DNA of 32,000 nucleotides. Source: an uncultured archaeon (GTDB lineage Archaea; Asgardarchaeota; Thorarchaeia; Thorarchaeales; Thorarchaeaceae). The stretch covers positions 30,001 to 62,000 of the forward strand of contig CAZYLT010000009.1 in the NCBI GenBank assembly GCA_964648855.1. Direction: 5' to 3'. A model generated the notes under the pieces. That model was given only the letters and a program-made list of their open reading frames with translations. It made no database searches and was not told the origin of the DNA. Both the position numbers and the translations under genes were made by a program. Shown in pieces: positions 8,037-15,655 of this stretch (its first letter is position 1; the number at the start of each line of letters is the position of its first letter).

Positions 8037-8111
8037 ACCACTGCTCTTCTAGTTTAGAGTATCCTCTAACTAATATAAGTAACAAGCTCCGTTTTGTTGA
8101 GAATCAAACAA

Positions 8112-8474
8112 CTAGTCACTTGCGCGTGCTACTCTTGAGAGGGCAAGAAACACAACAAGAAATACACTAGCTACAGCCGCCAAAGCTCGAGCAACCTTCT
8201 GCCATATGGTGGCTGGAACCTCTAATTCCTGTAATTCATTAGTCACTCTTTTGAGATATACTCTCTTCTCGGTATAGAGCTCTTCCGTATCATCCCAGTC
8301 CATAGAAAATGCATTCCAGTTTTCATAATACGGGGAATCCGGATTTTGGGCGATCCATTTATTCCATATATCAAGAATCTCATTTCGATATGGATGCGGA
8401 AAACTCTCTATCGTGTCTTGTATCTTTTCGTCCCATTCTATCGGAATCAAAGTCTGGTGCACCCCGGCGACCAT
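8112..8474 (-). CDS. Hypothetical tail-anchored membrane protein
   Basis: Soluble Trp/acidic helical N-terminal region, one C-terminal hydrophobic helix (ALAAVASVFLVVFLAL) and a short basic tail. Confidence 0.75.
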   Translation of the reverse strand: MVAGVHQTLIPIEWDEKIQDTIESFPHPYRNEILDIWNKWIAQNPDSPYYENWNAFSMDWDDTEELYTEKRVYLKRVTNELQELEVPATIWQKVARALAAVASVFLVVFLALSRVARASD

Positions 8475-8619
8475 TCAGTGGCCTATATTGGAATGGGATA
8501 CAACCTTATTAAAACTTAACATGGATATACAATAGAATACCTCATATCACTCAAAACTAACTTTTGAGCTGTCATTATGCTTCATTTCACAAATTGGGAT
8601 AATATAAAATACTAATACA

Positions 8620-9141
8620 CTACCGCATTGATTCAAGCTCCGAATGCCATTCGCGAAGGTCGTCATGCAGTTTTGAAAGGTCTTGAGGGCTTATTGTGTC
8701 GACTCGGCTGTATGTCTTAAGAATTCGTACCCACCTGTTCATTTTTACAATAAGTGGTCCAGATACGCCCCTCTCCTCAAGTGCTTCAGTGGCATCTCTG
8801 ATTTTTTCTGCCAAATCGCTTGCTATTACACCCTCCCGAATTTGTGATTCTAGATTATCGAGAACTGACGTCAATGATGAAACACTGCCCTTCTGCTCTA
8901 ATGAAGCTCCTGCTTGTGCCCGCCTCTGGCCTGATTCGGAGATTCTATCTACTTTCCTTAGCAGTTCGTCGAGCTTCTCACTATTTGCTTGTGCTACAAG
9001 CTTTACTTCAGATGCTGCATCCTGAAAATCACCTGTTCTTGAAATAACTTCAATCATCTTATTCAGCATGTCAGTCAAACGTTCGATGGAGCCATTGATT
9101 TCTGTAAGCTTTGCACGAAGATACGTATCCTCTTCACTCAT
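8620..9141 (-). CDS. Coiled-coil protein with a Vps28-CTD-like C-terminal four-helix bundle
   Basis: Start moved to ATG 9141 (MSEEDTY). Heptad N-terminus; residues ~86-170 match the recalled human VPS28 C-terminal domain in register. The CDS is secure; the domain call is inferred. Confidence 0.65.
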   Translation of the reverse strand: MSEEDTYLRAKLTEINGSIERLTDMLNKMIEVISRTGDFQDAASEVKLVAQANSEKLDELLRKVDRISESGQRRAQAGASLEQKGSVSSLTSVLDNLESQIREGVIASDLAEKIRDATEALEERGVSGPLIVKMNRWVRILKTYSRVDTISPQDLSKLHDDLREWHSELESMR

Positions 9142-9366
9142 TTGTATCACATCAATGTTGGTAGCCAAATTCCTCCAAGCTACATCTGGCAATGTAAGAT
9201 GCCTTTCAGATTAAGCTTTCTGTGATAAGAAGTCGCTTGTTTCTTTTCGACTTCTGTCAAATTCCTGATTTTCTTGCTGGTCCATATCCGAATACTATTA
9301 TGGAATTTTCATCACCTTAGGATGAATGGTGAATTGTAGATATTTTGGAATACGAGGATAGATGCC

Positions 9367-9717
9367 ATGTATACTGTGAATTACAAAGAAAGAGAAGTCT
9401 ATGATGTTGACTTGGCCGGATCGAAGAAGACAACTATGCGATGGCTTGTAGGAAAATCAACTGGGGCCAAGACCTATGCCATGCGATATTTTGAGATACA
9501 ACCAGGAGGCATAATCCCTGAACACAACCACGAAGAGGAACATGAGATATTCGTTTTACAAGGCGAAGCAAAACTCATCGGTTCGAAGGATAATTCCACA
9601 GCAAAGAAGGATGACGTTGTATTCATTTCTTCAAATGAGCCTCATGGTTACGATAATCGAGCTGCAACTGAACCGTTCAGATTCATTTGTGTGATACCTC
9701 TGTTGGATTCCGAGTAG
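9367..9717 (+). CDS. Cupin domain protein
   Basis: PGGIIPEHNHEEEHEIFVLQG and ISSNEPHG cupin metal motifs. Confidence 0.92.
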   Translation: MYTVNYKEREVYDVDLAGSKKTTMRWLVGKSTGAKTYAMRYFEIQPGGIIPEHNHEEEHEIFVLQGEAKLIGSKDNSTAKKDDVVFISSNEPHGYDNRAATEPFRFICVIPLLDSE

Positions 9718-9817
9718 AACCGCAAGAGCTATTCGCCCATTTATCCCAATTGTCCTGTCACTAACGGAATAGGTCACACTTTTCTATGAGATAATCTCAT
9801 AATTGTGAGTGCTAAGA

Positions 9818-10621
9818 ATGTCTCTTGAAGATAAGAAACTCTGGTTATTTGATGTGGACAACACCCTAGTACATGATGTCGAAACTCCAGAGCCATTTTC
9901 TGACTCTCAGAATCTATGGGAGTATCTGAGTGAACATGGAAAAGAACTAGCCGTACTGACGAATGTGGGGCGACTATCAGCCAAGCAGGTCAATGATGTA
10001 TTAGTAGCCGCTGGGTACAAATTAGCTCTGGATAGAACGCTTACAGCAGGTACTGCAGCTGCAGGTTATATTATAAACAGAAATCCCAATGGCCGATGTT
10101 TTCTAATCAGTGAGGGTGGTGCCAGAGATGATTTTGCTAGGTACGGCATAAAACTGGCGCATAATCCTCCTATCGATTTTGTTGCCATTGGTGCTGACCG
10201 TGGCCTAACGTATCAGCATCTTAACTTCGCAGCGAAAATGGTTCGCAATGGTGCAGCTCTAATCTGTATCAGCGGTAGCAGAGATTATCATGGAGAATTC
10301 TTGGGTCATCGTGATGAGTTCATAGGTGAGCGATCTATAGTAGCGGCAATCGAAGATGCAACCGGCGTAGAAGCAACAATTGTTGGAAAACCGCTACCAG
10401 AAATCGTCACTGAATCAATCAGGCTTTTGGGGTTTGAAAAGGATGATGTGGTTCTAGTTGGAGATAACCCTGCTTCTGATGTTGCTGGTGGTAATGCTGC
10501 TGGTCTAACCACTGTCCTTGTAAAACGTCCAGATAATATCGTATCCTTTGACGCTGGAAATCTGGATACCGAACCAGATTACTCCGTTGACTCACTTGAC
10601 GAAATCATTGCCATGCTCTAG
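9818..10621 (+). CDS. HAD-IIA hydrolase (NagD-like sugar/nucleotide phosphatase)
   Basis: FDVDNT (DxD), VLTN, IVGKP, VGDNPASDVAGG. Start is ATG 9818 or GTG 9809. Confidence 0.9.
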   Translation: MSLEDKKLWLFDVDNTLVHDVETPEPFSDSQNLWEYLSEHGKELAVLTNVGRLSAKQVNDVLVAAGYKLALDRTLTAGTAAAGYIINRNPNGRCFLISEGGARDDFARYGIKLAHNPPIDFVAIGADRGLTYQHLNFAAKMVRNGAALICISGSRDYHGEFLGHRDEFIGERSIVAAIEDATGVEATIVGKPLPEIVTESIRLLGFEKDDVVLVGDNPASDVAGGNAAGLTTVLVKRPDNIVSFDAGNLDTEPDYSVDSLDEIIAML

Positions 10622-10631
10622 CATCTAGTAG

Positions 10632-11183
10632 TCATAATACTCTGTGATGGTCTGATTTAGATTCCAATGCTCTCTTGTGTACGGTTTCTCCGATTAAGTG
10701 AAAGAGATTGCGAATATTATCACCAGTTTTTGCACTCGTGATGAGATATGGCACATTCATGGATTCGGCGTATCTTTCCACTCCGAAGTAGTTCGAGTCT
10801 TCAGGTACCAAATCTGATTTGTTTCCAACAATAATGAATGGGATTCTTTTTCCTACATGCTTAGTGGCCTCTTGTACCCAATTCGGAATGGATTCGAAGC
10901 TCTCATGCCTCGTGACATCAAACATGACAACCAGCCCTGCTGCGCCTCCATAGAATGTCTGTCTAAGCTGCTTGAATGTGTCCTGGCCCGCCAGATCCCA
11001 TACAATGAGTTTTAGTTTGGTGTCTTCATCTATTTGCATACTTGTTGAGTAGTGTTGAACACCCATTGTACTGATGTAGTCTTCTCGGAAGTATCCTTGG
11101 ATCCAACGGATTATCGTACTTGTCTTCCCAACCGCTTGATCACCCACTACACAGATTTTGTAGACATAAGCAGTATCCGACAA
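10632..11183 (-). CDS. Rab-like small GTPase (Ras superfamily)
   Basis: G1 GDQAVGKT, effector YISTMGV, G3 WDLAGQ, G4 NKSD, G5 TSAK. No C-terminal Cys motif. Confidence 0.93.
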   Translation of the reverse strand: MSDTAYVYKICVVGDQAVGKTSTIIRWIQGYFREDYISTMGVQHYSTSMQIDEDTKLKLIVWDLAGQDTFKQLRQTFYGGAAGLVVMFDVTRHESFESIPNWVQEATKHVGKRIPFIIVGNKSDLVPEDSNYFGVERYAESMNVPYLITSAKTGDNIRNLFHLIGETVHKRALESKSDHHRVL

Positions 11184-11326
11184 TTATAACTCCCTCTTAT
11201 CTAATCATTTACGCGTCGACAGTATGACGACCTTCCACAATAAGGGTTTTGTATTCTGAAACGAAACCTTGTTCCCAACAACGGATTTTTTTTATGGGTG
11301 TGCAGTGTGTTCCTCAAAGTGCTTCG

Positions 11327-12007
11327 ATGTTGAATATACCTGATGTTACATTTCAAATCCACGATGAGAGTCTATCCTTTGCTATTCTCCTGATAACTGA
11401 TGTCAAAATTTCCGATAGCAATCGCTATTTTGCAGATTTTGAGGAGCGAATCTTTGAAGAAATCCAGTCCCGGCACTCCCTCCTTACCTTGAAGGATGAC
11501 CCTATCCTCAGGTCGTATCGCGACCTTTACTGGCGATTTGGCATGGATCCGACGAAGCTCAGAGTTTCAAGTGAGGCTCTCCTTAGAAGGATTCTTCGAG
11601 GGGAAAATCTGTGGCGCATTAGCAATCTGGTCGATTCAATGAATCTAGTATCAGCCTATCATAGGATTCCCATTGGGTTGGCAGATCTACAGAAGGTTGC
11701 TGGAGATCTCACTGTCCGACAAGCGAGAAAAGATGAGTCTTTCACAAGAATTGGCGGAAAGGCAATGCAGTTGAGAGGCAGAGAACTTGTCATTGCTGAC
11801 GATGAGAAAATAACTTGTTTAGGTTTCGCTACTCATGACTCGGACTACACAAAAATAGCCAAGAGAACTGAATTCGCTCTTGTCTACCTGTGTTTCAGCG
11901 GCGAAGTACCGACCCAAGTTAGAGATGAGAATATCCGATTGACAATGGATTATCTGGAAAAATGGGTGCCGTGTAAAGTGGCGGATGTCGCGACTACGGA
12001 GAGCTAA
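11327..12007 (+). CDS. Free-standing B3/B4 domain protein (PheRS beta-like, putative tRNA trans-editing)
   Basis: YRDLYWRFGMDPTKLRVSSEALLRR, ISNLVDSMNLVS, PIGLAD. Start uncertain; ATG 11327 chosen. Confidence 0.85.
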   Translation: MLNIPDVTFQIHDESLSFAILLITDVKISDSNRYFADFEERIFEEIQSRHSLLTLKDDPILRSYRDLYWRFGMDPTKLRVSSEALLRRILRGENLWRISNLVDSMNLVSAYHRIPIGLADLQKVAGDLTVRQARKDESFTRIGGKAMQLRGRELVIADDEKITCLGFATHDSDYTKIAKRTEFALVYLCFSGEVPTQVRDENIRLTMDYLEKWVPCKVADVATTES

Positions 12008-12021
12008 ATCAATTCCTCATA

Positions 12022-13947
12022 CTAGTCTGCTCTAAATTCAAGAAGCGGTTCACCCAATGCTACCCTTTCAATAAGCGAGTTCTTCTTAGCTCTCTTCAGC
12101 AATTCTTCGAATCTTCTTTTCAATCTCTTTTCATCCACATACTCGGGTTTCGTTATACCCATACTCGTTAGAACTTTATCCAATACATATTCGAAGTCGA
12201 AGATTATGTATTCGATATTCCTAGTACGCCCATACTTCTTGATAGGCTTCAGTTCCCTTCTCGCCAAACCTTGCTTGACAGCGGCTCGAGTTTCCTTGAG
12301 GTAGAATGTAAGTGCTTTCTCATAGTTCAACTCTCCGCGCTTTACTAATTCTTTCAGAAAGGGAAGGCCAAACGCAGTTCTAGCTACTTTTTCAATCCGA
12401 GCAATGAAGCCATTGATGACATCTTCATAAGAGACCTTCTCAGCTTGCCCTTTTGTTTGAAAGACCTTCTCATCCATACCGGCCTTTGCAAACTTGCTTT
12501 TCTTTGCCTCAAGCTCCTTTTTCCGCTCAATCTCCTGTCTTTCTCTTTCCTTCTCCCGTTTCTTGGCTTCTCTAGCTTTTCTGCGCTCCTCTTCACGTTT
12601 CTTTTCTTCTGCGATTCGTTTCTTTTCCAGCTCCTTTAGAATCTTCTCTTGTTCCTTAACTAGCTCTGCCATATGTTTCTTAATGTCGCGTTCAGTAAGC
12701 GTGATATGCTTGGTCAATAACCAACGAACTCCAATTCGATTGACTTTAGGTTTTAGGTCTGCTGAAGAGAACACAAAGGAAGCGGTCTGTTGCCCGGGTA
12801 GCATTGTAATGATTTTCTCCGATTCTCTCTCTCCCGCTACAGGCTCCAGGATTCTCTCTAGTACTTTCAATGATTGTTGACTGCTTATTCTTCCTGATGC
12901 GATTGTATTGAACTGTTCAAACGCTTTGTAGTCGATATCCTTGGGGCTCTGTGTAGCAATCAGGCACTCAACTCCATATTTCCTAGCCTGCCTAAATAGA
13001 AGAAGAAATGTTTCCTTGGGTCCAGGTGCTTTCATACCAGCAGGAATGAACGGAGCGGCTTCGTCCTGAAAGAGCAGCATTCTGGGTTTTTCGGTAAAGC
13101 CTTGTCGCAGCATCCACGAGTATAATTGGTTCAGCACAATTGCGATGAAGAAGTGCTTCTCTTCCTCGCTTCTTAGGGTCTTAAGGAATATCACATTAAT
13201 GGGTGTCTTGCCATCGACAGGTTTGGTCAGTTCATCGAAGTCGATTTGTCCCTCTTCTCTGAACAAGAGCTGTGAGGAACCTACAGTCAGGGTTCGTATT
13301 GTGGTAGCTAGTTTTTGCCTTTCGGAGAGTTTCATATAAGGTTCTAGGTCGACTCCAAGTTCCTCAGAGTCAGCTACCAATAGATTGGCTAACTCAGCCA
13401 AGCCGTCAAGCTCTTCTGTTTCAGTTTCCCAAATGTGGCGAAGCAATTCGTATAAGACAGCAAATGACTTGCTTTCCCATGATCTTGATAGCCCGCCTAC
13501 CTTTGTTAAGACCTTCACCAATGTTCTTGCGGAATTATCCAACAGACGAATAATATCGTCCTGGTCCGCTTTTTTGTCAGGCAGTTTTAACGGGTTGATA
13601 GAAATTGCTAGCCCCTTGCTTGATGCCGGTGTATAGACTCTTACCTGCACTTTGTCCATATACTTTTGTAACCTCTCGGGCGGGACTCCTTTGGACTCAA
13701 GCTCCTTCGGGTCTCCCGGAAGCATCAATGATGCTATATCTCCTTGCGGGTCGAAGGCTATTACAGGAATTCCTTCAAGTGCTGCCTCTTCAACAATAGC
13801 CTTGCTAAGTACGGTCTTGCCCGACCCAGTAGAACCAAAAACTCCTCCGTGTCTACGTAACAAGTCAATATCGATTTCGAATCTTCTATCAGTTCGTTTT
13901 CCTTCATCATCTAAATAGGATCCTAGCCAAAGCTTTCCATCACTCAT
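12022..13947 (-). CDS. HerA/VirB4/FtsK-superfamily P-loop ATPase (DUF87/DUF853-like) with charged helical linker and C-terminal domain
   Basis: RHGGVFGSTGSGKT, FDPQGD, Walker B LLFQDEA, Arg finger RQARKYG, ATQSP. Start is ATG 13947 or GTG 13956. Confidence 0.88.
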   Translation of the reverse strand: MSDGKLWLGSYLDDEGKRTDRRFEIDIDLLRRHGGVFGSTGSGKTVLSKAIVEEAALEGIPVIAFDPQGDIASLMLPGDPKELESKGVPPERLQKYMDKVQVRVYTPASSKGLAISINPLKLPDKKADQDDIIRLLDNSARTLVKVLTKVGGLSRSWESKSFAVLYELLRHIWETETEELDGLAELANLLVADSEELGVDLEPYMKLSERQKLATTIRTLTVGSSQLLFREEGQIDFDELTKPVDGKTPINVIFLKTLRSEEEKHFFIAIVLNQLYSWMLRQGFTEKPRMLLFQDEAAPFIPAGMKAPGPKETFLLLFRQARKYGVECLIATQSPKDIDYKAFEQFNTIASGRISSQQSLKVLERILEPVAGERESEKIITMLPGQQTASFVFSSADLKPKVNRIGVRWLLTKHITLTERDIKKHMAELVKEQEKILKELEKKRIAEEKKREEERRKAREAKKREKERERQEIERKKELEAKKSKFAKAGMDEKVFQTKGQAEKVSYEDVINGFIARIEKVARTAFGLPFLKELVKRGELNYEKALTFYLKETRAAVKQGLARRELKPIKKYGRTRNIEYIIFDFEYVLDKVLTSMGITKPEYVDEKRLKRRFEELLKRAKKNSLIERVALGEPLLEFRAD

Positions 13948-14016
13948 GAATTTCACCCGTCTGATGCGTGGTATAGTTTCTCTACTTATTTGATTTATCT
14001 GCGTGCTTCATTCTTG

Positions 14017-14066
14017 AAAAAAATAGGAATGCAAGAGATGGAATTCGCTAATCCATCTCTTCATTC
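14017..14066 (-). terminator. Hairpin + T-tract terminator downstream of the 6-TM gene
   Basis: Plus strand GAATG-C-AAGAGATGGA...TCCATCTCTT-CATTC (14027-14066), with an A7 run at 14017-14023 that reads as a T-tract on the minus strand. Confidence 0.7.
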
Positions 14067-14073
14067 TCTGAAT

Positions 14074-14691
14074 CTATTCTCCCACAGGCTCATATTTTCT
14101 GCCCAGGAATAGGACAATGAATGCAACTAGGACAACAGCAAAAATACCGAGCGCAACAGAGGCAACTTCATATGAATTGAAGGCATCCCAGACCCACTGT
14201 AGTCCGACAAGCAGAATAGACATGATTGCTCCTAGTAGAAGTGAAACAAGCATGAATCGGGCTGTCATCTCCTTTACCTGCCCCATTTCTCCTCCTTCCA
14301 GAATTGTTGCACTGAAGTAGGTGAAAATGAACAGAAACACATACGCAATGACAATCATTGACGCTATGTTGAACAACGATTCTTGGAACGGCACACCCTG
14401 GTCCAGAATACCGAAGATGAGTACTGTTGCAATTGCCATGAGATAGACAAACATATTGCTGACCAGCTTGTCTTCTGGATGCACGAAGCCTGTCATCTCT
14501 GTAAAAGTATTGATAACACTCATCAAAACCACTACTGTGAGCAAGACCGCTCCAGCAATCCACGCCCAAAATGGTATCAATGTACTCGTTACACCTAGGC
14601 TCTCAAGCAAGTATTTGAGAATCGCAGAAAACGCCAATATTGCTAAGCCTATGCCTGATAGAATATTACTAATGGTAGTTAGCCTAACCAT
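14074..14691 (-). CDS. Hypothetical membrane protein (about 6 TM)
   Basis: Start moved to ATG 14691 (MVRLTT), after GGGGAG. Six hydrophobic segments. Confidence 0.82.
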   Translation of the reverse strand: MVRLTTISNILSGIGLAILAFSAILKYLLESLGVTSTLIPFWAWIAGAVLLTVVVLMSVINTFTEMTGFVHPEDKLVSNMFVYLMAIATVLIFGILDQGVPFQESLFNIASMIVIAYVFLFIFTYFSATILEGGEMGQVKEMTARFMLVSLLLGAIMSILLVGLQWVWDAFNSYEVASVALGIFAVVLVAFIVLFLGRKYEPVGE

Positions 14692-14741
14692 GATTATTAT
14701 CTCCCCTGTACGGGTCTGCTTGACACAGGGATTTGTTTCTA

Positions 14742-15158
14742 TTAACTCTTGCTTACATGTTCTATTTCGCTCGAAATCTGACTTCCGTGTGCTTCCTGCA
14801 TGATGTAAATCCCTATACATGCGATTCCTATCAGGAGTGCAAATGTGGGCATATAGATCGCAGCAGGGTTTGCTGCAAACAGCAAAGTAGCAAGTCCTGT
14901 GATAAATAGGCTAGCTGTTAACATTGGCTCTCTGCTAATCTTATCCGAATGTGAGCCAAAAAATGAAACTGTTGAGAGTTCAGCGAGTGGGCATATAACC
15001 GATACGGCGGATGGTTCCCATCCTTGTACATTGCCACTAAGATACGAATTGCTCTGAATGTTGCAATAGTGATGCAGAATGCAGCTCTCATAACCATTGT
15101 TACCAGATAAAGCGCCATCAATGAAACTTTGTTTCTGATTATCTGAGTCCTATCGCAA
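14742..15158 (-). pseudogene. Degraded MFS transporter remnant
   Basis: GGAGG + TTG 15158 is followed almost at once by TAG. The TM1-like segment LYLVTMVMRAAFCITIA is in one frame; after a frameshift near 15060 the sequence reads PLAELSTVSFFGSHSDKISREPMLTASLFI, a decayed MFS motif A (GxLSDKIGRK). Only about 4 TM remain. Confidence 0.7.
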
Positions 15159-15224
15159 TTGCTCCTCCGTTTAGCGAGTTGGCGCGCATAGGTCTTTATA
15201 AGCGCCTCCCGTCACAAAGGAAAC

Positions 15225-15587
15225 ATGGCTGTCGATTCGAGGAAAAAGGATACCCCCGGAAGTGAGTTCGTATATGTCATCATGTATCGTCTTAGAGCAT
15301 TGTCTAGTGACGAAAAGCGTGATTGGCTTCAGAAATGGGCAACTATAAGAAAGCAACTCCCAACAGATATCACGATACTCACAGAGGCTGGCAATGCTTT
15401 TGGAACTGACTTCACTGGCTTCACCGTTTTTGAGGGTCCGTTTGAGAAGTTCCAAGATCTGACAAACTTGTTGGAGCTCCATTCTGGCAATTTGGTGGAA
15501 AAGACAAAAACAATCATTGGAACGAAAGGATTGGTTGAACCAAAGAGTGACCTTCTTGATATCATCAAGCATCGACCAATCGATTGA
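15225..15587 (+). CDS. Hypothetical protein, probable ferredoxin-like (dimeric alpha-beta barrel) fold
   Basis: Clean ATG ORF with AAGGA upstream and a beta-alpha-beta-beta-alpha-beta pattern. The fold is inferred. Confidence 0.7.
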   Translation: MAVDSRKKDTPGSEFVYVIMYRLRALSSDEKRDWLQKWATIRKQLPTDITILTEAGNAFGTDFTGFTVFEGPFEKFQDLTNLLELHSGNLVEKTKTIIGTKGLVEPKSDLLDIIKHRPID

Positions 15588-15655
15588 GGAGCGTCCAATT
15601 ACATTGCCGCAGTAGCCGGCTTTTTAGCCAACAGTACGCCTCTTGAAAGCAGAAA

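Noticed and set aside
8930-9141. R-SNARE-like motif (ANSEKLDELLRKV vs RGEKLDDL) in the coiled coil
   Set aside because: No zero-layer Arg and no following TM anchor; generic heptad similarity explains it.
12384-13918. Many short overlapping or antisense ORFs here and throughout the window
   Set aside because: They lie inside well-supported genes and have no motifs of their own; they are frame shadows.
12022-13947. HerA-based anti-phage defence system
   Set aside because: No adjacent Sir2, nuclease or other effector; the flanks look like core genome.
12022-14691. Ced-like DNA import system (CedA-like 6-TM protein + CedB-like ATPase)
   Set aside because: A hairpin/T-tract terminator separates the genes, the ATPase has no N-terminal TM anchor, and no small CedA1/A2-like genes are adjacent.
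14742-15121. Two independent small membrane proteins (track ORFs 14742-14924 and 14918-15121)
   Set aside because: Better explained as pieces of one frameshifted MFS pseudogene.
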